NCBI GenBank assembly: GCA_001949185.1
Contig: BDGG01000003.1
Coordinates: 3,207,158-3,271,157 of the forward strand
Source of the DNA: Ramazzottius varieornatus
Lineage: Eukaryota > Animalia > Tardigrada
Reading direction: 5' to 3'
Length of the DNA stretch: 64,000 nt
In this document: positions 31,499 through 44,923 of the stretch, piece after piece
Layout: every line of letters begins with the position of its first letter
How positions within the stretch are numbered: the stretch's first letter is position 1
Notes under the pieces: generated by a model
Told to the model about the DNA's origin: nothing
Seen by the model: the letters and a program-made list of their open reading frames with translations, nothing else
Database searches by the model: none
Program-made: the position numbers and the translations under genes

Positions 31499-34400
31499 TT
31501 ACGTTTGTTTCTGCTGCGACCATAAGGAAGTCGGCTGATGAACGCGAAGTAGAGTACCTTCGGTGGATGGTAGCTCCGTCAGGAACCGAAGGCCAGTTAT
31601 CAGTTCCACGTCTCTGACCGCAGCAGAGTGGGAGAAGAAGTACTCTTCATCGCTCTGCAACAGAACGATCACACTTGTCAAAGCGGACATCAAATATGTC
31701 AAGAAATCTCTGTTTCCGAAACTCACCTGACAGGCATGTGTCTTTTCCCTCCGATGGGGCAATATGAACGATATTACGTCACGTGTCAGTTTCATCGGCG
31801 ATTTTTTGCTGGGGTTACTGGTGCGATTCTTTGTCAGGACCACAAAGTAATGTGATGGAAGTGGTACATACGAATCCGCAAGCTCTTCCGCGTACCTGAT
31901 TTGGAAAATGGCAGATTTTGAGATACATGATCCCGGTTCGTAAGTTTCGACATCTTACCTACACGTATACATCGTCCAGTACTCCATACGGAAGATTAGA
32001 GTCGAAGACCGGACCCATCTGTACATGAACAGTCTCGTTCCAGTTGGCGACCATCTTCCAGAACCTTCCCCACACGCCTTGGAGAAACCCACGAAACATG
32101 GGCACGATGTTCGTGATAACCATGGCAGATATTTGTTGGCTCAGCGAATCTGACAGCCCTGAAGACGAATGATCATGAAAAATAACGTACAGTATCTAGT
32201 GGTCGTTATCTAACCTGGTGGAAACAGGTACGCTGGGACGACATCTGGACTATACAGGTCCGAATCATAATCCATACACGTGAATGCCGAGGCCTGACTG
32301 ACACGGATATCACTTCGCGCGCACGTCACTTCTTGTTCGAATACGCCTGTACGATTCTACAAAGCAAGCACGTAATAAAATCGAAGGTGTGTGAAGAGGA
32401 ACCGCAATGACTCAGCAGGCTGGCTCCAGGGACACACTTGATATTTACCAGAGAAATACGATCAACCGACGCGGCCACCCACGCGGGTAATTTGGTCCGG
32501 GAGCTGAGGCCAGCAACCAGGAAACTACTGGATAGTGCGGTGATGTTCCCAGCCGCATAGCTCTGTGGGAGACCCATTCCTGCTCCGTGACGTTGCAGGA
32601 GCTCGTCCTGCTCTTGTTCAGAATGGACGAACCGCATATCAGCTTGAGGTATGCGGCCCGTTATCTAGGATATACGCCGAGGACTAATATTGGTGTCTAC
32701 CATATACATGTCGGACGTGCGCTGCTGATTTGAACCAGGCTGCTGTCTAAGTGACGCATGGCTTCATTGTTTTTCACTGGAGATGTGCGCCACTTGGGAA
32801 ATCGATATGGTTCAAATCATCGGCTACGTCTCATGCATGTATCGGACCGGACGAACCTTGGAACACTTTTGCAGGCACATCAGGTTTCTGCGTTCCCGCA
32901 ACTCATGACTGGTAGAAGGGTTGACTGGTTTTGACGGGGAAGAGTACTTTTCTCTCGAGAGGGTTTTCGGGTTCTGGAGAAGACTGTGCATGGAACCCTC
33001 CGTGCCATTGTTTGGTGCCGGCGAGATACTCAGCAGCTCGCACATCAGGTTGTACAGTTCGATGTTGACTAGTGGCTCCGTCTGTACACCAGACTTGAAT
33101 GCTGGACCATGTCCGATGAAGAGACCTTCCATGGTCTCCAACACGTTATCGTACCCATGTCGTCCGCCATGACAAAAGTTGGATGGGTCGCTGTGTTGGA
33201 AAACCGTGTAGCCGGGCTTCACGTTGAGGATTAACGGTTCGATACGAGGTGAGTTGGTGTAGTGAAAACGACGCGGCATATCCTCTTTCTTGTACAACAT
33301 GAAGGGCACGACCTTCTTGGTGGAATTGGGTAGCGTGAATTCTTTACAAGAGAAGGTGTCGTACAGCATATCGTTCGTGATATTCGGCGAACGCGAGTCC
33401 ATTCCACCTTCTGTATGCTGTGAAAAATAAACTTGGTCATGGAAATTTGATCTGCTGCATGATTGCTTCTTTATAACTTACACCACGCAAGTGGAAATCC
33501 TCGTCGGTAACATCGTGCTTTAACGTTCCTTTCGCACGTTCCCGCGCGATAAAAGATATCAGGTCAATGGATCGATTACACAATGCATCTTCCATTCCGT
33601 GGTCAGAAACTACGATCAAGTTCACGCAGTCGAAAATACTGTGTCTTTGAAGACCTTGTACGAAATGACTTATAGCTCGATCAACGTTGGCGATTTCCTT
33701 GTTAACTTCCGGAGAGCTAGAGCCATACAGATGCCCCATCGCATCCGGCTGGTCGTAGTACAGCATGATCAAGTCGGGCCGCTCTGCTGTGGGCCGAAGT
33801 AGACGATTCAGAACTCGCTCTAGCCGATTCTCTAACGAGTCGGAATGGTTGTAGTGGAACCATTCATCTGCTCGGTACCCTTGGATGAGAACCTGAATCC
33901 AAGAACACCATCGATATGGTTTATCGTAATTGCTTTCAGACCGACCAGTAAACAGCTCGTACCTCATTTCCCGGCCAATAGTAGGTACGGACTTTCTTTC
34001 CTTGTTTTTTCGCCGTAACCCATATCGGCTCACCCTGTAATTTCATACGGCATATTATGTTAGTACGTTCCTCGCTCGAAAAGCGAAACTACAGACCTAC
34101 CACAGCACACTGGGATATCTGACCTCTAACCCTCAGAAGAGCCTGGCCACGATGAGCGTAACATACAAGGGTGATTCCTATAAGTTGGACGGATTTTGGA
34201 AATTTGTGGTAAAATCGCTTCTACCTGTGAATTTCCAAACTTCGAATCAGCTCATTCGATAGAGTACGCGTGTACATCTTTATCTTTCATTTCTGTGAAC
34301 GTCTCTTCAACAAAACAATGATCGTTTGATTGTTGTGAGCTATGGAAAATCATACATTTTTCGGGTAAAAAGTGGGAGGCTCGGTTAAATTGTTTATATT

Positions 34401-36210
34401 TAACGGGCAAACCTACCACATTTCCTGATAAAATTGTTTTATGAATGCAGTACCCTGGGAATGATTATCAGAAAACAAACGGACAGCTCTTACGAGTTGC
34501 GGACGGAGAAACTAGAAATAGTTCGAAAGATACTCGGAAAATTTTGCTTACCCCCTGAGTTAGCATCGATATTATCGCTCACAGACCCAACCAGGTGCAC
34601 AAGCTCGAAAGCGTCGTCTCTCTCTTAAATTTAGAAGATTTTTCCAGCAGAATAGCATTAGCGAAATTGATCTGAAATCTTCCGCCCACGAACAAACCAG
34701 CCTGAAGTGCGCTGCATGTTGGTTTCGCGAAGACTCCTTGATTTCCGTCTGGTTCAGGTCTTCAGCGCCGTGCTCTTTATGAGCACGACATTTCCACAAT
34801 ATTTTTACACAACGCTTTTGATAGTTAGGCGTATCTGGGAACGAATTTTCGAAAAGGTAAAAGCATTCCTCATTTTTTTATTCAAGACCAAGTCCGTCGC
34901 GTCCAGCTCATAGGGATCACCCTGTGAATATGGAAATCAACTTCATCACAAACAGCAAAGATCGCGTATAGTCTCCCAAAGAAGGAGGATACGCCTTACT
35001 CTTTTCCAACAAACGGGGAACTCAGCAAGTCCAAGAACGTACTGTAACTTGAGCTGATACAAGAGACGCTTTTGGTGCCTCCTGTATCTCGTGTTAAGAA
35101 GCAACTGTCACTTCCTGTACCTCCTGCCGCATAAAACTATGAGAAAACTTGAACGTTCCAAGAATTTCATTTCTCACTTCCTAGGAGGGTTTGAGGTGAA
35201 TAGAGATGAATAGAGGTTAATATACAAAATTTTGCGATGTTGCCGTATCTGTACTGTATGCGCATCTGGACTATAAGCGTTTCTGTACCTTCCACCAGCC
35301 AGGATCGGAGTTCGGCCCGGCATCTCCTTCTTTGTAGTCCCAGGACCTGCGCATTTCCGGGTCGTACATCTTATTGTCAATGATTCCGTGAGACTCGAGG
35401 TAGAGTCCGGTCGCCATGCTGTAATGACTGGGAAATGAGATGGACACATATGGAGGCCGGAATATTGTGGAGGCTCCGCAAGTTCGCAAGCTTTCGAATG
35501 TCGGACTGAGGTTTCGATCCAGGTAGCTGTAGCGGAATCCGTCGAAAGAAATTACCACGAGGGGAGCCTTGTCGTACCCGCTAGAAAAAAACAGACTTCC
35601 AGAAGTTAGAAACCGTTTCTGGCAGTCTTTCGTAAGAGATCTCGGCGGACAAACCCAACAGCATCGCTTTTCCAAGTGGCGTACGCCCCTAGGCAACAGC
35701 CCTGAAATAGTGCGCCACTTGGAAAGACAGTCTTGCTGAATTTGTTTGCCGTAAACGAGCGAAGGGAAAGTTTAGGCCAGTAAAATGTCTGGGCCAGGCG
35801 AAAAAGACGCCCAATTGAAAATTGTCGAAAAGTGCATTGGCGCGAATTACAGATGTACGTAGTGCTTATGTGTGTATCCTTCCGTGCCGCTGTTTTGGAA
35901 TCGCCTGGCTCAAAGTTCCCCTTCGTTCTTATACTCTCTCATGTTTGTACCGAGCTGAGCAGGAGTTTCTTCCGGTTGGGTTATCGGAAGTGCATTGCGT
36001 GCCATTGGACTTCGACAGAGTACCAGTATCAAAGTTCGTCAGCTTCCCGACGCGTCCAGCAGCGTTTGAGGTTCCTCGATGCAGCCTTGCTGTGGCCGTT
36101 CCCGGAATGAAATATCCGGTGGTCAGCATACCCACTGATAATACCGTAGCGCCTAGAAATATTCCTGTGAAAACTAACGCATGTTTTCGGGTGTACGGTC
36201 CTTCCAGCAT
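31499..36210 (-). CDS. ENPP-like: Ectonucleotide pyrophosphatase/phosphodiesterase (ENPP1/3-type: TM anchor, PDE domain, nuclease-like domain); 3' end approximate
   Basis: TM LVFTGIFLGATVLSVGML; VISFDGFR; SFPSHYSMATGLYLESHGIIDN; GEPIWVTA..YYWPG; DQPDAMGH; VSDHGM; GRHGYDN; C-terminal SFILPHR..VRDVELITGLRF. Confidence 0.9.
34166..34924. mobile_element. Non-autonomous Tc1/mariner-like element in ENPP intron
   Basis: Left end ta|caagggtgattcctataagttggac vs right end gtccagctcatagggatcaccctg (20/24 inverted match); AT-rich non-coding interior; accounts for much of the unusually long intron. Confidence 0.6.
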
Positions 36211-37198
36211 GTTGTTCTTCAGGACGTCGTCGATCACTCATCAGGTGCAACCCGCGTTTTCCATATTTATCCAAAACACGAACAATTTCTAGTTTGCACG
36301 TGTGAAGAAAATTTGTGCAGCACATACTATAGTCCGAGACAGTGTCGGTGCACTGTTCGTTAAGACCTCCAGATCTACAGAATATCAGATTCTGCTGCCG
36401 CAGAGAAAGTTAAGTACACTGTTTAAAAATGTACCTTAGCTTGCAGGATTTTTCAAGAGCTTTCTTAAAAGTCATGTTGTCTTCATAACTGATTCACAGA
36501 CTCCAAGTCCTACCCAGTTCTCCGACTGTTGAGTTCGATTCCCGGCCTTCTGAGTGTTACCTCCACAAACGCAAGCATAAGAAATCTCGCGCAGCTAATT
36601 CCATTTGTCTCGCAAGCTGTGGTGTTGTAATCTATAGGCAATGCCTCTTCCACTTTCTTCAACATGCGCATAGTACTATCGGTTATTGGTGAAAAACTCT
36701 CACAATTTTGCCAAAAGCAGCAAGGATGTTTAAGTCGTCAACCCATGTTTTGAGTATGAAAATTGATCTAGTCATAAATGTTGGCACACGCCTCAGTTCT
36801 TACAGTAGCGGATGCTACGAACCCGTGTAATATCCTCATTGCAAAGCTATGTAGAACACCGAACAAAAGCAGATACTTCCCCCTCCTCGCTGCGCACTGA
36901 ATACTCTAGTGCCAAATACTTTATTGTATATCGCTTCTGAGTGCTAATTATTTTCGCAAAATTACCGGTTCATTATTATGGAAATCACTCCATCTAAATC
37001 GACAGTAGTGAGCTTGTCACCCCTGGATTCTTGCAGGTTCAGGTGTCAAGTCACCGTCAACCGTCATAAACATAGAATTGTGGCCTGTAGCTTCTTAGTA
37101 ATTTTTGGTCGTAAAGCTGTCGTTGAAACATCGAAACGAAGATGGTCGTTTGAGGGAAGTTTTCTGGTGACAACCGACTACAGCCAAAATTAAGGACG

Positions 37199-38210
37199 AT
37201 GCTTCCAAAGCTCCTGGATCCGAAAAGCGTTAGTTTGTTTCATCCATACCTTACGCTGATACTGGGCCTGTTCCTTTCTGAAAATTGCCTCGGGCAGCCA
37301 GGTAAGTCATTTTTTCTCTTGCGTTATCTTATTTAAACTCATTCTGCTACGTAGCAACGACAACTCCTCGGTAGGTCATGGACACTTCAGCGGGTTCCCG
37401 TCTCCCGGTTTCCTACAAGTACCGTACTCTGGAAATCCAGCCATTTTCGGAAGACTCGGAGGCCCTTGGGCGAACTCCGGATGGCAGAACAATGGCCAGA
37501 TGTACGCGAGAAGATGGAACAGGTTCAACGATCCGTACTCACGAATGCAGATGATGGGCTTCAACGGTTTGAACGGATATCCTGCGCGTCTTGGTGGAGC
37601 AGAAGGAAGAAGATGGTACAGCCCTACAAACCCGGACAGAAATTTCCGTCAAGGAAACAGCGTGAATTCAGGGTGGTCGATGTCGCTACTTCATCCTGGG
37701 TCTGGAGGTAAGAAAGCCGGACCAGAAATGCTGTATAGGCATAAAGCCGACGCAGAAACCTACAGCATGGGAGGAGCTAGTCGGACACCTGATCAAACTG
37801 CAAATAATGACCGGACGGGAACATATCAGCTCCTACAGCAAAGAGCCTTTTTCGGAAGTCAGCCTCAACAGTTCGTGGTTCGTCGACGTCGTCCGGATGT
37901 TTTTATCAACCAAGCTCCTCTGCTAAGCCGCGTCCCAGAACCAAGAATCCAGTCCTTGAACATCGATACTCTCAGCCTGCCTCCCACCACGGTGACAGTG
38001 TCCGCTGAAACTTCTCGGATTCGTAAAGTATCTTCCACAACGCCAACCACAGTAACGACCGCGGAAAGTACCCGTACCACAGAGGCAACACCACGAGCCC
38101 TCCCCAGCTGTAAGAAAACAGTCTTGATTTCACGCGTCGATTTGTTCAAGCCCGAAACTCTTGCGCTCTTAACACCTGGCTCTGGTCTTTGCCTACAATT
38201 TGTCGACTGA
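37199..38210 (+). CDS. Predicted secreted protein, unknown function (2 exons)
   Basis: Exon 1 MLPKLL..YLTLILGLFLSENCLGQP|gtaag spliced to GHGHFSGF.., continuing into ORF 37500-38210; Thr-rich stalk and terminal Cys pair. Confidence 0.55.
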
Positions 38211-39575
38211 ACTCGCCCTAAATACCTTGTATACATAGTAAAACAGACTATAGATGCGTCGATAGGAAAAGAGCCGTCACAAATTATTCCATCGTACGAA
38301 GCTCGACGGCAGCCACGGTACTCAAGATTATCGTAAAGAGCTCTGAAAGTAAATACACCGAGGATTATTGCGCTGACGCTGAATAGCGGAGCTCTTCAGA
38401 TCTAGACTTACACCTGTACGACTCTAAAGTAAACCACAGGTATATTCCATTCATCGAATCATCGATTAAACCAATCCACATCACGATTCGCTACCACAGG
38501 TAGCTGCTGTAGCTTTTTGATCGATAACTCCTGATCGACTTGTGGACGCATACCTGTCCCCCGATGATTCTACCAGGGTCTCCGCCACTTCGCGGGCTTT
38601 CCCCATCGGTTTACACACCGGGAGAAACGCCTTACTGTACCTAGTATGATGCGGAGGTACTTTGTCGTATGGATCTGAGAATAACATCTAACGCTGTACG
38701 TACGAATGCGAGTCACCTTCGCACGTAAAATCATAACGACCCGCAGGCGTCGTCAGAGAACATTCATCGCAACGATGCAGACGACGGACGTTACACTGCT
38801 CAACGATCTACTTTTTACCGACATCCAAATACCAACGCCTGTGTGTTCTTCTGTCGTCCTCCAACAAGCGCGCCACACGAAAGCCTTTCCTTCTTGCTCC
38901 GTACTTTCTTCCTTGTTGATGCGCGGCTTATCTTGTCGGTGACGTTGACGAATTCCTGCCGAAGAGTAAAACCGGTAAGTGCCTAACACGGTACGCCACT
39001 TCAACGGAGATTATCGTCGAGGCATACGTGTAGTATCAATCAGAGGAAACGTCACAATAACGACTTGACAGTGTCTCGGATCGCCCACGGTGATTGACGG
39101 GCCAGTGCGCTCGCATGCAACGACGAGGACTGTAGTCTGTGCGTTGAAAATAGTTGCCGCAGCAGTTCTGGCCAACAGTACTTGCTTGTTTGTTAACATT
39201 TCTCGTTCGTGGTAAGTCAGCTGAGCTGTTATCCACTTAAGAACGGCAATACCTATCAGCTTCATAATATTTTTTGCTGAGTGCGCTGCAGTCTAAAACC
39301 TGTTCTTTGCAAGTGCCGTACGACGTAATCTCTATATGCGCGCACGAGTGCCGTCCCAGTTCATGTAGTACCTCAACGATGACTTGAGAACCGCGAAAAT
39401 AATCCCCGGAAATCACATAACTCACTCTAGTCATTCATTCATCGTGTCGAATTTCTTATGGATTCCTAATCGTCTTTTCTAGACAATTTATCCGTACACG
39501 GTTCAGATTCCCGTTTCATGGTCGACGATCACGCCTAAAGTTCTGCGGAGCTTATATTGATCTTCAGCTGAAAAT

Positions 39576-40354
39576 ATGGATTCCGTCAAGAGTTGGTATC
39601 GATCAAAATCGATGAGTTTTCCCAAACCAGGAAGTCAGTTGGAATCTACGCACTGGAATAACGCAGACTTCAAATCCCAAGCATATGGATCAACTGACAG
39701 CGCCGCGGATAGAGCAGCGTAAGTTCCTGGTCGTGATACAGTAATACAAGGGCCAACCTACGATCCTCAAATTCCTTCATCAGTCAAAATAGCGAGCCTC
39801 AATTCCTCCCTCGGTAGATAATCTGAGGAAAACTACAAATTTGTCCTTTCATTTTAGTCCTTTCATTTTAGGAAAGCAGCCACGGAAATTTGTAAAAAGC
39901 TCACACCGAGCAAAGAGACTCAGACCACGGTAGTCAATACTGTTGGGCAGTATGGGAGAAAGCTGATTCCAAACGAAGCCACCAAGCAAAAGGTAAGCGT
40001 TTTGTAACCTGTACCTCATCGTGATCAATCAAGACTTCAAAAGTTGGGCGATTTTGTTGAGTATATTGCTCATGTATTCAGGTTTCACGGTTCTACGAGA
40101 GCCAAGTGGCCAAGCTCAAGTATTCCCAGCTGAAAGAAGGTTATCAGCCCGACGACAGGGACGATCTGGCTCGTTTTAGCGACGAAGATTCCTTCCATGG
40201 CCATCCCGAGCCATCACGGCAGGTTCCGACGAACTCATTCGATGACTCTCTCAGCCCACACTCTCGTGCGCGGGCAGCCTCGACAGGTTCTCACGGATGG
40301 AACGGCTCATTCATGAACTTCAACAAAAATGGCTCAAATGGAAGACGGCTATAA
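39576..40354 (+). CDS. Small hydrophilic protein, unknown function (3 exons)
   Basis: MDSVKSWYRSKSM..AADRAA|KAATEICKKLTP..EATKQK|VSRFYESQVAKLKYSQLKE.., with canonical splice sites. Confidence 0.5.
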
Positions 40355-42149
40355 CTTATAAGAGGGTCTACGAATGCCTATCGACAGATATAGTTCCGGA
40401 CTGACCGCGATAGCACTTGGCCGAGGAGTGAAAGGGACGGGACTATCTATTCTACTGACCGGAAGTTCCTTCAGCCTACGTGTGCTGCACTGCAACTGCT
40501 TCAGCCACATCGAACATGCAATGCGCAATCAGCAAAACCGAAGGACAAACATCTTCCTCCTTACAGAAACGAAACCAATATTTTTGCACCGTCTGGTTTT
40601 TTTAAGTTATGGTTCAATGATTCAATCCCCCCGATCTGTGAGGACTTCACCGACTACGTATACATTATCTAGATGCCTCTTTGGCTTTTCGACTAGAAAA
40701 ACACACCATCGTATCTTAATACCATTGTCTCTCACAAGCCTGCCTTTACTTTCGCTACTCTAACAGAAGCTTTCGAGAACGGTTAGCTATATCAGTACAA
40801 AAAGCCATAAGCTCCGACTTACGTAGTACGTACAGACTACAGAGTGGGCTACATTACGATCCGCGCTGCTGTGCGAACCCACATATCACCCGAACCAAAC
40901 CAAATATACAACAACCCTACGAGCAAAACCTTTTGTCGGAAAACCCGCAGCCAGAAAATTCATCTTTCCCATGCCTGGACAGCTGGGACTTCCGGTTACT
41001 TCACCAAGGGTCTCGCATGTCGTTCTTCTGCGCAAAGCTGCTCTGAGTATTTCTTCATCTCTTCCAAGTAGGCCGAACCAGGAGCACTCTACACAAGGGT
41101 ATGCTTCATGACACACGGCTCCAGGCTTCAATCACGGTAACAGTTGGACGACTTACCTTAGCTGATGAGCTGCTTGACGCTTTTGAAGTCGCTTCCTCCG
41201 TCTTCTGCCTCTTGTCGGCTGTGAGGACACCTGTTTTCAAAACTCGTCCTCCCATCTTGCGCTTGGCTACCTGTGTTATATTCTTCCCGATAAGTACTCG
41301 TCATGAAAAACTTGTAAAGGAATCTTGATATGAGGACACCACGTCTGTGTCCATCATACTTGCACTTCACTACAGTTCTGTAGCCTTACAATAGGGAGGG
41401 AGGAAGAAGACGATCCTGCTGGTCCCGCTGTCGGGAAGGCATTTGTCGACCTCACTTCGGTTGGCTCGGGAGGCTGATGGTAGGAAACAGAGCCATATCC
41501 GACGTGAGGAGCAGGTACAGTGTTTACTGCGGAGGAATAGTCGACAGGAACAGTGGAGGCCTCAGAGAATCGAGATCGTTTCACGCGACGCTGAGGTGGC
41601 ACCTCACCTGATCCTCCCGAAGCTGGAGCGTCCATGATACAGAAGATTCGACGTAGAGAGCAACGTCTTAGGATCTTCTCTCACGCAACGTGATAACCCG
41701 GGCGATGCAGACGATGTCGATGGTCTGGAAGACTGGAAGAAACGCAAAGGGGTCGAGGAGTCTGCAAAATGACACTTATGAAAGCTCGTTTCTTGCTTCG
41801 AGTGACTTCGAGTCTTCGACTCTAGAAATTGTTGCCTCTGACTGTCGTTGTCTCTCTGGCCGAGTTGATTGGCTGATGAACCGAATAGAACCCACTGGTC
41901 AAGCAATCAATGGCGAACGAAATTACTATGACGTCACGGACACTGGATAACGTATCGCGGATAACGTATCCGTACTCAACACCCGGAAGTTGCAGTTTCT
42001 CCAGTCCAGACTCCAGAGGTCCAGGCGACACCGAAGAATCTTCCTTGCACAACCGAATGAACAAATTCCACATGACCCCAACGAGATGTTTCTTCATCCG
42101 CATGGACAGAAGAGGTGCCATAAGATAAGTGAACTTTGTTTCCCTTGAC

Positions 42150-43128
42150 ATTGCTGTATGAGAACGGAAACGCGAAAACAGGAATTATCAAGCTCATGAA
42201 TGATGCTCAGACTCAGAGAAGCGGAAACAATGAGACGATTTTGATAAATGGACCAGAATCTTCTCGACAACCTCGTAAGACTGTATGTACACAGCAAAAG
42301 CGGAAACAGAAGTCGAAACGCTGCTGAAAGACAAAGCTGAAATAAAACAAAGAAAGAGTTACATTTTCTTTAGGTGCTTCTTGATGATGGCCTGTCTGTT
42401 CTTATGAGCTTCCGTCTCTACAATCTTGCGTTTCTGCCTTATGGGATCACTTCCGAATCCAGGAATGTACATGTTCCAGTTATGCTCCAGATAGAAGCGA
42501 ACATCTTGAACGTCCAGACTCTTGCTTTTCCTGGCTTGAGCAACCTTGGCAGACATGGTTGTCAACTCATCCACCAGCTCTCCTGCATACTTCTGAAGGA
42601 ATTCTTGAACGTCTTCGTCCAGCTTCAAATTCGGATCAACAGACTTGGCAAGTTCGTTGATCTTCTCCTTCGTTAGAAGCGGAGGTGGCTCTGAAGGCTT
42701 GGTCGCCATCTTCCCACGTGAATCCGGTGAGCGGTCGAGAGTCGAGACGAAGGGACGAGATGTCAGTAACGAAAGTCCCGTGACTCCCGTCCACCGATAC
42801 AGCACTAACAACAGCCCATTAAATGTGGTCGCGATAAGATCAAGCCACTCAGCAGAATCCTCCCCTTCTCGGGGCCGTACGTCAGCACAGCCAAACGAAA
42901 CCTTCAATAGTCCTGTAGCAATAACTTCTCTGAGGACTCTTAGCAGCTCTCCAAGATGAGAACTGTGCAATACATATGATGTGAGGGTGATCCAGGATCC
43001 CGGAAGGACGAAATATACACTTTGAATTTTTATGACGTCATCAGGGCTTTTGATTGGTTGTTCATAATCTGCAAGAACCGGCGATCAAGCTATCACCTCG
43101 GGTTTATCGCAGATGTTCATGTTCACAG
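42150..43128 (+). repeat. 979-bp segmental duplication, copy 1 (partner 48394-49372)
   Basis: Direct repeat offset by 6244 bp; identical ORF translations; one substitution seen (43106 A vs 49350 G). Confidence 0.95.
42359..42709 (-). CDS. TAF12: TFIID subunit TAF12 (histone fold), copy 1
   Basis: LLTKEKINELAKSVDPNLKLDEDVQEFL..ARKSKSLDVQDVRFYLEHNWNMYIPGFG..TEAHKNRQAIIKK. Confidence 0.9.
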   Translation of the reverse strand: MATKPSEPPPLLTKEKINELAKSVDPNLKLDEDVQEFLQKYAGELVDELTTMSAKVAQARKSKSLDVQDVRFYLEHNWNMYIPGFGSDPIRQKRKIVETEAHKNRQAIIKKHLKKM

Positions 43129-43398
43129 ATGTTCTTTGATCACCGTCGCCTCGGCAATCAACGGCCTCACCATCGTAACTCAAACAGAAACCGAGGTCGG
43201 GGCTACGGTGGGCGTGGCGGTGCTTATGGCCGCTCTGACGAACCCTGCGGTGGTCGTGGGGGCAGCCTGGGGGTACCCTGCGGTGGTCATGGCGCTGGAC
43301 GGGGCAGTGGACGTGGCGGCCACCAGGGAAGTGGACGTGATAGTGACGAACAACGGGGAAACTGCCCCCGGAACTGTGAGGGAGGGTGGCGGATCAAC

Positions 43399-44031
43399 CA
43401 GTGTTATTTTGATGATTGTAATAGAAAATTAAAAATGGCCGAAAACCGGCTCTTTTAAATTATACTATCATAATCAAAACCGCCAAAACCAGCCGATGGA
43501 TTTTACTATATAGTGAAATTATAAAGAAATTCTGGTTGTTGGAATAGTAAAATAGATAATTAAAATTAGGCCAACTGCAATCAAAATGAACTGAAAATCC
43601 GGAAAGGGGGTTGAAACTGCGCAATCGATGGTATTTTCTGCATCGTTTCTACTGTTTGACATTAGGCAACATCCGCGAAACGTATCCTAGGTACTGCTTA
43701 CAAACTCAGTTTGCGCACCGGGTTATGAAAAACGAGCTGCACACCACATAGTTTCGTTATCGCGCACCGTGAATTGTGCGTTTTGTCATGCTGCGGTGCA
43801 TTGATTCAACGAATGAAGAGCTAACAGTGCGCCGGCATGGCGTGAAACGTGCAGTTTCCATCGTCCCGCAATTAAAATAATTAAAAATGCTGCTGCTAAC
43901 ATAACTAAAATTGATAGATAATAGACAATTCTACGAGAACCGTTGCCCGCAATCAAAATTATGAAGCCTGGTAGAATTTTAATGGTCATAATAGGAATCA
44001 AAATTCCAAAAGTCATAGTAAAATAACACTG
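43399..44031. mobile_element. hAT-type MITE (TIR CAGTGTTATTTT)
   Basis: TIRs CAGTGTTATTTT / AAAATAACACTG; degenerate 8-bp TSD ggatcaac/caatcaac; interrupts a sequence that is uninterrupted in the inverted copy at ~44280-44510. Confidence 0.8.
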
Positions 44032-44575
44032 CAATCAACCTTCCGTCGGTACTCCCAGGTTCGGAGGGCGAGCCCAAGTCGGCGAAGAAGACCCTCTCGA
44101 CGGACAGCAAAGACCCAACCACACACATAGACCAGCTCGAGCATCAAACCGGGAATGACGGAGTTAGTCGGACATGGAAATGGACGAGTGAGCACCTGGA
44201 CGAAGGCGGAAAGAACGCTCTCTGGCTCTTCGTTTGGTAGTTAGTTCTCCCTGCCATGGTTGTGCGCGTTTTGCTACTCCATGTGTGTGTTTGGGTCTTT
44301 GCTGTCCGTCGCGAGGGTCTTCTTCGCCCACTTGGGCTCGCCCTCCGAACCTGGTGGTACCGACGGGTGGTTGATCCGCCTGGCTCGGCGGGTCGAGGTT
44401 CTGGTGGCCGTTCGGGTCACCCTCCTCCACAGTTCCGGGGGCAATTTCCCCGTTTTCCGTCACTATCACGTCCAGTCGTCCACTTTCCTGGTGGCCGTCA
44501 TGTCCACGGTACCAGAGACAGTACCGTCTGGTACCGTGGCAGGCTTCAGGGCGTTTTAAACTGGAATGCGCTTAA

Positions 44576-44923
44576 CAGTGTTATTTTAATCATTTATAAT
44601 ATGAAATCGATCTTAATAATTAAAATCGTTTTGATTGTGCGGGTTGCTGTTCGCTTGATTGATCCGTGATAAGAAATTGAATTTTAATTTTAAAAATTGA
44701 AATCCTCGTCAGCGATAATTGATTTTACTTGCGGCCAGCTGATCAGATAGACTTGACATTAGCGCGTGACTTTTATTAATTTTAATTGCATACTGTATAC
44801 TCTCCCGAAATTCACGTACGTCACTCCATTCAGAGTGTAAAACTAGACGGCAAGACCCCAATGATTTCAGAGTCAGTGACGTACGGGAATTTCGGGAGAG
44901 CATACAGTAGTAAAATAACACTG
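44576..44923. mobile_element. hAT-type MITE (TIR CAGTGTTATTTT) carrying a nested element
   Basis: Same TIRs; 8-bp TSD gcgcttaa/gcgtttaa; interior homologous to 50004-50203. Confidence 0.85.
44793..44907. mobile_element. Nested TA-targeting (Tc1/mariner-type) mini inverted-repeat element
   Basis: TIRs CTGTATACTCTCCCGAAATTCACGTACGTCACT / AGTGACGTACGGGAATTTCGGGAGAGCATACAG with TA on both sides; empty site (gcatagt) present in the sister MITE at ~50185. Confidence 0.85.

Noticed and set aside
40850-42150. Several short minus-strand ORFs left of the duplication
   Set aside because: Could be a degenerate gene or TE, but no frame-consistent model or motif was found.
42710-42970. N-terminal extension of TAF12 shown in the ORF track
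   Set aside because: Depends on a non-ATG start; the first ATG at 42709 gives a complete histone-fold protein.
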